Of a stretch of DNA of 64,000 nucleotides, positions 18,644 to 29,341 are shown piece after piece. Made by a program: the position numbers and the translations under genes. The notes beneath the pieces were generated by a model. It saw only the letters and a list, made by a program, of their open reading frames with translations, had not been told where the DNA came from and did not search any database. Positions within the stretch are counted from its first letter, which is position 1. The number at the start of each line of letters is the position of its first letter. The stretch covers positions 2,470,946-2,534,945 of the forward strand of contig CAJFCJ010000006.1 of the NCBI GenBank assembly GCA_904063045.1, read 5' to 3'. Origin of the DNA: Dimorphilus gyrociliatus. Its lineage: Eukaryota; Animalia; Annelida.

Positions 18644-19136
18644 AGGTGGTTCATCAGATATCAAGCCAAAACAATGTCAAGAAACAGCAGATTTCCTCAA
18701 AACTAAGTCTATCCCTCAGTCAGAGCCAATTGTATACTCTGGAGATTTTAACTTAAATCAATGGAGTTCAAATACAGAAGCTCTGAAGCAATGCGTTCAG
18801 TTCCTAGATGCTGAGATCCCACCCAACGAAGGACCTCTTAATGCTACTTCGGACCCTAACACTAACGATGTTTTAAATTTGACAACATCCAATCCGAGAC
18901 CAGGCAGTTGGCTTGATTATGTTATGCCAAACATTGCTCACAAACGGCCAACAAGCGCTGTTCAAATTGTTCTTAAACCGATTGGAACACCAGCATTTCC
19001 AGTATGTTGGTGTGAACAATGTATTTCATTAGATCCTGACTATATTTACCCAGATGACGAAGATTGCGATAGAGTTGAAAGAATTCAAGATTTATCTGAT
19101 CACTATCCAGTTCTGGGCGTATTTAAATATGATTAA
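17855..19136 (+). CDS. Secreted sphingomyelinase C-like enzyme, copy 3; exons 17855-18249 and 18308-19136
   Basis: Same architecture and intron position. Motifs FQEVF, GTHMQA, GDFN, WLDYVM and LSDHYP are intact. Confidence 0.9.
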
Positions 19137-19778
19137 AATTAATCTATTGTTTAACTTTTGAGGTTGTAAAGACTGATTTTACAATTCTTTGGATAGTTAA
19201 TAATTTTTTTTTTTGAAAAAAAAACAATTCAACAAAATAAACAAGTCAACTAGACGAAATTCGCAGAAAAACGATAGATTTAACAGTATTTATGCTTATC
19301 TATGAGAAAAGTCATATGTTTGGCTATTTTTCATTAAATTTCATTGTTCTCTGAAGGAATAATAATGAAGTTTTGTTCAATTGGAAAGTAAAATTATATA
19401 AATAAGAATAGACTGCGTATCGTTTATTTTTCTTCCCTTTTTAATATTATTATTTTAGTTATATGATAAAATTTCACAGAGATATGCGATCTATCATATC
19501 AAGCAAATATCAACTCATAAACAAGCAAATGATTGAGAGTTGATGAATCAATGAATCTATTGACATTTCTGAATTATTTTATTTATTTTGGAGATGTTAA
19601 TAAGGACTTATATGCCTGGATCATTATCCCATTTTTAAATACTCATAGTATTCGAGATAGAAACTTACAAAATCGCTGTATAACTTAAAATAATGTATGT
19701 ATTTACATATCAGAAAATAAGAGAATATATGATAATACTTTATCAATGGATTAAATCGTATATTTTGATAATACTTTG

Positions 19779-22226
19779 CTATCTTACTACCGCAAGAGCC
19801 CTACTCTTTCTTTCCTCTTGTAACCAATGTAACATTTCAGTTTTATCCCATTTTATTTTATCCTTATAAGGTCTTCCTCTCCATGACAATACATCATTGA
19901 ATTTTTCTTGTAAAGTCTTCAAAATTGGTTCAAGCTCAATTTCAATATCATCTAGTTGGGTATAGAATTTTGTTCTCATACTCGCTTCCTTCAAACGAGA
20001 AACTGAGCTTCCTCGAACTCCTCTTTCGAAATATCTATTTCGAAATAAATACACAGAAAACTAATCAGCTGAAGTGAACATTAAGATAACGATAAAAACC
20101 TGTTAGGATCGCTGGCAGTTCTCTCAAAGTTTTCTAATTTAGCTACTATCAGCTCTCTTTCAACAGTTAATTCTGTTGCTTTCTCCCACAAATCTAAAGC
20201 AGTATAAAGGATTTCTGTTTCTTTTTTAGAACTATATTTAATAGCCATATCAAGCCGTTCAGATTCCGGTAGATGAAGCTTTATCCATATTGACTCTAAA
20301 CGCTTTTGAATCTCTTGCTGTTTCTTTTCTTCAATTGTAGTTTCGTCTATAGTAATTTCAGTCAGATCTCTGAAATATGAATTACACTTTCGTATTATTT
20401 TTTATCAGTTTATTACACAACTTATTACCTTGTTGAGGATTTGGCGGTTCTTCTTGAAAAAACTCTGGTCTTACCCGACATTTGACTTCGGCTAGGAACT
20501 GTAATCGTTTCAATTTGGCTAGTTTCCTTCTTTGAAACACTTTCTGGTTGTGTTGCTCCTAAGCCTCCTAGTAATACTGATTGAACATTCCACATTCCTG
20601 GTTCATAACGTTCCTTCTCAGCCATCCAACTTTTTTGTCTTTCAACCTGCTCAATTCTTGATTGACGTTCAACTTCCGCCATTTTTTTTGTTTCATCTTC
20701 ATCTTCTTCATCTTCATCCGAGTCGTATAAATGAAAAATAGTTTTCATATAATCCGATTCCTGAGTAGAAAGATACTTCAGGTAATCATCCGTATTGACA
20801 GTTTGTTTCCACCAGGCAAGCCAGGATGAATACGCCCTCGCTAGAAAGTCAGATTGCAGGAGAGAGTCTGTCTGATGTGCAGGAGCGTAGACATCAGAAG
20901 GGTAATCTTCAACTGCTTTGCCTTCGCCCTTAGGAATCATTGGAACAAGCAATTGTCTCCCTCTCGAGTCAACTGGTGGGTCTGAAGGTGTATGTTGCCA
21001 ATGATTATACTTTGTTGCTTGACCCCAAGGTGGGTTCGATGTCTTTTTCAATACTTTATTGACAATTTGTTTCTTATGTGAAATTGAGGGCATCGATGAA
21101 ACGCAAGCCGCAATTGCAGGATCCTCGTCCATGCTTAAATAATCTTTAGTAACAGTTCTCATTATTTCACCGTATACTTCGCCAACTTCATCGCCTAAGA
21201 ACAAGTTAGAATCCAATTTCGCAATATCAGTATCATCAATTTCTCCCAAAAGTTGATTATAAACTGGCAAATGTGGACTAAGCATATCTGAGAATAAACA
21301 AACGCGTTCGGAAATTCTTGCAGCAGCTCTTCTAGTTTCAGCAGCGGGTATTGAAACAGAATCTGGTTGAGGATATTTAGGATCTCTGACATACAACCTA
21401 AAAAAATAAAAAAATTACATTACTATCCTAATGATATCAACTATCAATTAATCTACAAACTTTTCTTCCTCTACTCTAGCCCTCTCTCTTTCTTCTAACT
21501 CTTTTAGTTTATCGTTTAACTCTTTCATTCTTTCATCATGATTACTGTAGTTTAATTGAGCTTGAATAAGTGGAGAAATCTCATCTAAATCATCTAGTTT
21601 TGAGTCTATTGAGCAAACTCGTTGAATTCTTCTTTGTTTAGCACCAAGTTGACTTTCTTCTTCATTTAAGAATATATTCATAAGTGAACTAGATCTACAA
21701 GGATATTGTTTAGGAAGATCAAGTTCCACAGAAAGAGAATCCAATTCGGCTGAGAGCAAATTAGGAGCAGAAGGGAATTTCTATGATTTTAAAAGATATT
21801 TTTATCTTAATTGTAAAGAGAAATATAAATAGTAAGTAGTGAGTATTTAACATACATTTTTAACTAATCTTCCCAGCAGCATTTGCGAAGATGACCTCTT
21901 CAACTGAAATTCTTCTGCCTCGTATCCTACCAAACAAATACAAAGGTTATAATCACAAATAAGTCTCTATTTAATCTTACCGATTTCCCCAGCAGTTGAA
22001 GATTCGAGGAGATTTTCATCTATATAAGAAATTTATTTTTATATACAAACGCTTGTCATAAACTAGATAACTCTCTTACCTGAGTCAGTTCTATCTAGAA
22101 ATCTATTGACAGGCAAGTCATCAATGATCCTATCTAATTTTTCCATATTAAAATCTTTAATATTCTCTGCAAGCTACAGTTTAAAAAAATAGTATTATTT
22201 CAATGAAAATCACATGGGAAAGTATG

Positions 22227-22276
<50 letters not shown>

Positions 22277-23524
22277 TTACATCTTCTAAATGCTCTTTTA
22301 GCGTTGTTGGCTGTTTTTTCTTATCCCTTCTTTTCCTACTGGCTAGAAGCTATTTCGTAATAGTATTATATTATTTGAAATTAATTATGTTATGTAAAAG
22401 TTTACCAATGCTGATACGCTTAAAGTTTCTGTTGCTGGTCTTACTGGTCCATGTCTTTCTTGTTTAACTTCTTTACCTCCCGTTTTAATATCTGTTGCAA
22501 TATATCTCCTAATTGCTAAGATATTGAAGCTAGTTGATAACAATGTGATAAATTTTTTAGTCTTTTTAGCTATATATAATAAAATCATTAGGAAACTTAC
22601 TATTTATTGGCATCTAAAGATATTTGAGCTTTAAGACGACTCAGATTGGCCACTGAACTAAAAACTCCTCGACTATTCATTTCTGAAATGATACATTCAA
22701 TTCAAATCTTGAATCAAACAATAATGGAATAGTTTACCTTGCGCTTTATCAATGTAATGAAGAAAAAGTTGTTCTGCAACTGTAATTAAATGCACAGTTA
22801 TTCTTCGTTGTAGCTCTTTATTTTCTTCTTTCGTCTATTAATAGATGATAAAAAAATTAACAAATATAATTATTATTTAACTAAATAACAAACCAAAAGA
22901 GGATCATCAACTTGTAATCGTAATTGAGACCATGTACCGCTTAATTCGCTTATTAAGATTGCAGCCTTTGATTAAAGTAATTTTACAAAATTATTAATTA
23001 TATAATAAATTGAGTTTGAAATAATAACCAAGCTCTGTTGATCGTCAACTGAAATGTGGGCAAGTGGTCTTGATGATATTCGACGCCTAACAAACTCTCT
23101 CAACTTTGATAAACTTCCAGGTGCTTTTTTAACTTCATCCTTCAATATTTATTTACATTTCAAGATGAATTATCTTACATTTTATAGAATTTTTAATACA
23201 GACATTTATAGGTGTAACTGGTCTATCCAATAATACTCCATCTTGTGTTACATTTCCTTGGCAAAATTCATAGGAATAATTAGTAATAATTACTCAATTA
23301 GAAATAAAACACACTTACTTCTCTTTTGCTGCAAGTCATCAAAAACGTGAAGGGAATGTAGCATATTTTCGCTACTTGATGGTAGATCTTTCTATTAATG
23401 ATTGGTAGGTTTTGTAATTTTTCACATGTTTCATTTTTAATAATAGCTTTATACTTACTGTGTTGAAATTAAGTGCATTGAATTTATATAGCCCATCAGG
23501 ACCTCTTTGGCTGCTTACAGCCAT
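19779..23524 (-). CDS. CCDC87: Coiled-coil domain-containing protein 87-like (multi-exon; 5' end uncertain)
   Basis: C-terminal exons QKRLESIWIKLHLPESERLDMAIKYS, LENFERTASDPNR and WRGRPYKDKIKWDKTEMLHWLQEER resemble the conserved CCDC87 C-terminus. There are many small 5' exons, and I could not fix the start codon by phase. Confidence 0.75.
22228..22272. repeat. (AT)n microsatellite in a CCDC87 intron
   Basis: Directly visible AT run. Confidence 0.95.
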
Positions 23525-23646
23525 TTTTTAACTTAAAAACTAATTAATGAAAACTCCTATAAAATGTTTGGCACGTATAAACTTTGACACTTTTCCTTTT
23601 TTTCAATACATTTTTGTAGTTTGGCACAAAAGTTCGTTTTGTTATT

Positions 23647-23656
23647 GTTGCTATGG
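23647..23656 (-). promoter_or_regulatory. RFX X-box half site upstream of CCDC87
   Basis: GTTGCTATGG (CCATAGCAAC on the minus strand), about 120 bp upstream of the first CCDC87 exon. Matches the X-box core. Confidence 0.45.
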
Positions 23657-23964
23657 TTGAATTATCGTCTGCTTTTCAAGATGACAGGGACAATACAACT
23701 ATAGAGTTGTATATTTTTAATTATAATTTTAGGCTTAATTGAATAAAGACAATCATACGATCAAGATTAATTTTATCACATGTATTTCAATTGAAATTAA
23801 ATAAAACTAGAGAAAGTCTCACATGAAGGTAAAATAATGAGAGTAAAAGATCGGAATACGGAACCGTACTATTTTCTGTTAAAGTTTAAAAAAATAGGTT
23901 ATAACTACTTATTTTCAATGGAAAACATTGAATATTTGACAGAATTTCTCCCTCGATACACAAA

Positions 23965-26900
23965 CTACATATTGTATATAGGCTGGTTATAGTTTTGAGG
24001 ATATTGCATATAATTTGTAGGTCTATAAGCTTGTTGTTGATAATATTCCATAGGTTTCTATATTAAGTAGAAGAAGGCTTATTAGTATAGAATACGCCGG
24101 ACGATTGTCATGAAATGAATAACTTACCCCTTGTGTAGTGCTCATAAAACTTTCTGTTTTACAAATTAAACAAAAAAGGGAAAAAATAGAAACTTTAATA
24201 TCTGTTATATAAAAGTCAATTACTTTCTTGTTTAATATTACCTGGTTTGGAAGAGCTTGCGGAAGTGTCGGCAGATCTTGACGGACCATTTGATGAATAG
24301 TGCCTCTTATAGTACCGCCAAATCAGGTATAAAAATATTAATACTACTCCAAAAAGTATTAAAGGTATTATAATATAACCAATGAATGCATGTTTGTTAG
24401 CGGAAGTTAATTCGAATGTGTTAGTTGTGTTTCTTTGTTTGATTAATGGCTTTTTTGTAGTGAATTTAGTTGAAACTGTCTCTACTTTCTTAGTTGTTGT
24501 GATCTTCCTTGTTGATGAGAGCTTTTCAGTAAATTTCACTGGAGACTTGTCGTCAGAGTATAATTTTATCGTTGTTAGTGTAGTAGTAGAATTAGGAAAG
24601 ACGGTATTGTCACTATCTGGCATAAGCAATGGGATAAAGTACGAAGAGGATCCAGCTAGTGCACTAATTGCTATTAATCCAAGTCCAATAAATGAAATTT
24701 TGCCTTTATGATGCCAACATTTTTGACAAATTGTTGCTTTTTTGACAATCACTTTAGGAGCTGGTGCAGATTCATCAATTTCTGGATTACGAAATGAAGT
24801 AATTTTGGTGATTTCTGGATCGAATTCAGCAGGAGGTATTTCCGATAATTGCTTAATACTCTTAACAAAATTATGCATTTCGTTTTTGACTACTTCAGGA
24901 CTTTGATTTTCGACTTTTTCAATTGTTATTGCTTTAAGATCTGTAAATGTATAGAAAATCCTCTCTATTCTAAAACAGAGAAGAACAAATATTAATCCAC
25001 CTTAAAGATTTGATAGTATACGAAGAACTTTTCAAGGGAATATCCTCCTTCAAATTCGTTTATTATTTCCGGATATTTCTCCTCAAAGGTCTTCTTATTT
25101 ATAAAAAAACTCCAAATTTTATCTAACTCATCTTTAGCTTCCTGATCATCTGGATCATTTTTCACTTTTCTTATTTTAAACAAATAGTATGAAAGTAAAC
25201 GACTAAGTTAAATATCTAGAGTATTAATTTATCAAAATGATATATACTCTTCAACAGAAACGTATCTCTTATGTAGTGATGTAAAAGATACACTTTTGTA
25301 CATTTCTTCTAGATATTTCATAAGTAATTTGCTTATTCTTGCATAAGAGTCAACATTCTCCATATCCCTTTAATGTTGAATAAATACAAGAAGATTATTT
25401 TGCAGTTTATTTACAAAAGGAAAATTTTAATACGGTTGCTTCTGATGTAATATGAATTCGAAAGAATTCCCAATTTTGGATAATATGCTGAAATAATCAT
25501 CATTGTTGAAGAAAAGCAAATCTTTGTTAAAAATTTTATCAAAATCCACTGATTCCACTTCAGTAATTTCCTTGTTTAGATATTTCATATTCTTAAAGTC
25601 AAAAAAGAAGTGTACTAGGCCTAAAATAAAACAGCAAACCGTCAAAGAGATAAATATTAGCTACAGTACTTAAATATGTTTTAAATCAATGAAAAGAATA
25701 CTAAACGGTAAAACCTGTACGATTTTTCCTGCCAAGCTACTCTTGGCGATTGCCAAAATTCTTCCCCATAGTCCAATCGTATTTTATCGAATTCGGCGCT
25801 AAGTATACGCTTAATATAGACATTTTCTTTGGGAAATGATATGATAAAATTTCCAACATCAATTAGATCATTCGATATTTCTTTATATTTTGAAATGTAT
25901 CTGAAATGTTTGCATTTTATTTTGATAATAAATTTATAAGTTAGTTAATTTTTACTCTGTTAAATCATTCTCCTTTGTTTTTACAATCTCGAACATTTCT
26001 TCTAAAGTGCTTATCTTCTTGAATAGGTAGTCTATTACATTTTTTAAAAGTTTATATCTGCCTTTACTTTCATTTATATCTTGGCTGGTATCTTCAGAAT
26101 ATTTTCTTGAAAAGATTTTCATAAGAAAGAAAGCGTTAATCATTTTATTGTTAATAAGAAAATATACTTGTAAAGATTTTCTTCTATTTCCTCAATTCCT
26201 CTAATAAATTTTTGACAAAATTCTTTTTGTTTCTTTAAGTCTAATGCTTGAACATTTATTACTTTTTTTAAATTATTAAAATCTTCGTCTGACAGTGTGT
26301 TATCTTCAGCACTGTACAAATAATAGTTATTGTTAAAAAAATCTTAAATAAATGAACGAATTAAAGAAGTATTAGGTCTAACTATTTCGCAACTAGTTTT
26401 TGATAAAATACTACTGGTTCCAAGAATATTTTCCCGATCCTTTCAGGTTCTAGAACCAATTTTCCTACATAACTAAGTTTCATCGGCTTGGATAAGGGAT
26501 TTTCGGGTATAGTTTCAAAAAGTATATCGTATCCCATATCCGCAACGTCAGCTAGAGGATGGAATTTGACGTTGTGATCTAATAAAGAATTTTTATTACA
26601 TTAATATAAGTAAGTAAATAAATTTTTTACGGTAAACAAGTTTAATTATTACCGTAATTCAATTTTTTTTCACGAATTACCCTGTTTTCTATATTTACAT
26701 CGGCTACAAACGGTGGTCCTTTGAAGTTTTAGAAAAAGTATATAACAATAAAAATTATATAGAAGAGTGGATGAAGTATAGTTATACTTTCATTAGATTC
26801 TTCTATTCAAGAAAATTGAATATAAAAAATTATTTATTAAATTGATATTCTACCTTTTTCGCCTGGTTTTAAAACCTTCCTGGCTAAATTGAAGAATAAC

Positions 26901-27571
26901 TTTCTTTAAACTGTAGGGAACTGAAAGTTTTTGTTCTTACGTGGTTTCGGTGGCGCCGGTTCCTTATCTAAAATTAAAATTAAAGACAATAGATAGCTAG
27001 AACACACTTAAGAAAACATTTAAGTCATACCAGATTTCAGTATAGGATACTTTGCTTTCTTCACCTTATCTTCTATTTAAAAGTAAGAAAACAAAGTATT
27101 TTAGTTCATAAAATAGTTTATGATTTTAATAAAAGCAAAAAGAGCAGAAACTTAACCCGGTTTATTTAATCGCTCTAGAGTACTATCACTATCATCACTC
27201 CTATCACTTCCAGTCTTACTTGTTCCTTCCCCATTTCGTCCATCTATTTTACAATAACTATTATCATCGTAATAGTTTAATATAATAAAAAGTAAATTAC
27301 CTAATTTTTTAACTGTAATAATTAAAAGAAGTTAAAAACAAAATGGAAAAAAATACAATAAATTAAAGAACATAGAACCTTTTCCAACTGCGGGATTAAT
27401 AAATAGAATTGTTTGCTTATCTCTTATCTAATTATAAAGATTTAATCCATAAATTTAATTAATATATTCTGATATATTAATAATTGATTAAAATGAAAAT
27501 ATCTATATTATTTACATGATGAACTATTGTCTTTGACAAGTAATTTGTAACATTTACTTCTGCTCTTCCAT
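23965..27571 (-). CDS. Unidentified multi-exon protein with two predicted TM helices near the C-terminus (start uncertain)
   Basis: More than 12 exons bounded by GT-AG. Charged/Pro-rich N-terminus, helical-looking middle, TM1 (ISFIGLGLIAISALAGSSSYFIPLL), Thr/Lys-rich loop, TM2 (AFIGYIIIPLILFGVVLIFLYLIW) and Tyr/Gln/Pro-rich tail (MEYYQQQAYRPTNYMQYPQNYNQPIYNM*). Not every junction was phase-checked. Confidence 0.65.
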
Positions 27572-27732
27572 ATCCACTAATTAAGGTAATAATGAAAATA
27601 GATAATAAATAAAATATAATGTTTAAAGATAAAGTTTGTTTCATTTTTTTTTTGAAAAAAAGATGAAAGATAAGAAAGAAATTATTTTAAATATTCCTTG
27701 TAATATTTTTTTATTCAAATGATCAAACAGTT

Positions 27733-28467
27733 TTATTTATCTAAATCTTTAATTTGTCTTAATTGCTCTCCATCTGTAACGTAAACTTGATTTTGAAAAT
27801 CGCTTTCTCCGTTAATTTTATTACCAACATCAACTTTTAAGGACAAAGATTTTGTTTTCAGTTTCTTTGATGACAAATGAAACCATGTGATATTCGTTAA
27901 ATGCTTTTTAATTGTAAGAAAGTTGTTGAGATTTATACCAGATCCCGGCATAATGCATATTCTGTTACCATAGTTTAGTAATAACTCCTTTAATAAATCT
28001 ATACCTTCCAAAGCTGTTGATTTTAAACCAGAAGTTAATATTGTTTTAAAACCATAATGAATCAACTGTTCAACTATTTCGCTGGGTTCTTTTACTTGAT
28101 CGAATGCTCTGTGAAAAGTTAAATGTAAACCATCAGCGACCTTTAATATTTTTTCAATAGTAGACTTGTCCAGTCCATCCTCAATAGTTAAAGCACCAAT
28201 CACAACACCACCAACACCTAGCTCCTTAAATATTTTAATATCCTCAATCATAGTTTGAACTTCCTCTTCATTGTAGACAAAATCACCTTGTCTGGGTCTT
28301 ATGAGCACGTGAATAGGAATATCTACTCTTTCTTTAATCAGTTTCACCAAGCCGATGGTTGGAGTTAATCCACCTACTATTAAACACGAGCATACTTCAA
28401 GTCTATCAGCACCGTTCTTGAAGGCAATAAGGGCGGATTCTAGAGAATCTATGCATACTTCTAACAT
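27733..28467 (-). CDS. CUTC: Copper homeostasis protein CutC homolog (single coding exon)
   Basis: MLEVCIDSLES...GADRLEVC...GGLTPT, HVLIRPRQGDFVY, LTFHRAFD, ILTSG and IMPGSGI are CutC TIM-barrel motifs. A probable 5'UTR intron lies upstream. Confidence 0.96.
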   Translation of the reverse strand: MLEVCIDSLESALIAFKNGADRLEVCSCLIVGGLTPTIGLVKLIKERVDIPIHVLIRPRQGDFVYNEEEVQTMIEDIKIFKELGVGGVVIGALTIEDGLDKSTIEKILKVADGLHLTFHRAFDQVKEPSEIVEQLIHYGFKTILTSGLKSTALEGIDLLKELLLNYGNRICIMPGSGINLNNFLTIKKHLTNITWFHLSSKKLKTKSLSLKVDVGNKINGESDFQNQVYVTDGEQLRQIKDLDK

Positions 28468-29276
28468 GATCTATATTGAAAATATCCTGTTAAGAAAAAG
28501 TTTGTTGATTAATAAGAATAGAGTCGCAGGTTTATATGAGAGCCATACAATTACTTACAGATTTTGCCAATAGGTGGTGTTAATTATCTATTATTTATTT
28601 TTTTATTTTCCGTTCAAATTATCCATCGAATATATGAAGCTTTTCTAAATAATTACCTATAAAACAGATAAGATAAAGTATGATAGGAGTTAAAAAAAGA
28701 AACTTTATTAAGGCAATTGCAAAGGGGTGTCAAAAAGTTTGCAAAATTTTGAATAAATATATTAAAGTAACCGTAACTCTTTATTCGGTATCAGAGTTGA
28801 AGGATTATTTATAAATCATATTAGAATTTTCTAATTGAGAACAAATATCGATATTACTTAATTCAGAATAACTTTTGATTACTTTGGAACATTTAGCTCA
28901 AATACAAGAAGAATAGTATCAAGCACTGAACGAAAGTGCTAAATTCTAGATTTAGATAGGATATAAACAGTATATAAAGAATATTACGAAATGTTAAAGA
29001 ATTAATAATAGAGTATATAATTAAATAAGTAATTTTTAATAAGAATATAGATATTCTGTGCCTAAATAAATTTGTGAAATAAACTTTTAATTTTTTTTGC
29101 TTCACTTAAAATGCTCTACGTACATGTTTTAGTAAGTCCCTAATTGTTCTCGTATTTCAATATGGTTAATAAACATAAAATTAAACTAAATAATTACAAA
29201 TATTTCATTAATAATTGTTTCATCATTTTTATTTAGTATTTCTTTTTACAATTAATAAAATGCGAAACGACTCGTC

Positions 29277-29290
29277 TGCTCCATGGCAAC
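29277..29290 (+). promoter_or_regulatory. RFX X-box upstream of ARMC3
   Basis: TGCTCCATGGCAAC about 50 bp before the ARMC3 ATG; close to the GTTGCCATGGCAAC consensus typical of ciliary gene promoters. Confidence 0.6.
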
Positions 29291-29341
29291 GGTAAAAGAC
29301 CGCTCAAGCCAACACTGAATTTGTTATTTCCCTAACATAAC

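Noticed and set aside
14113-19136. Bacterial contamination as the source of the SMase genes
   Set aside because: Each copy has a spliceosomal GT-AG intron at the same codon, composition like the neighbours, and sits collinearly between ordinary eukaryotic genes.
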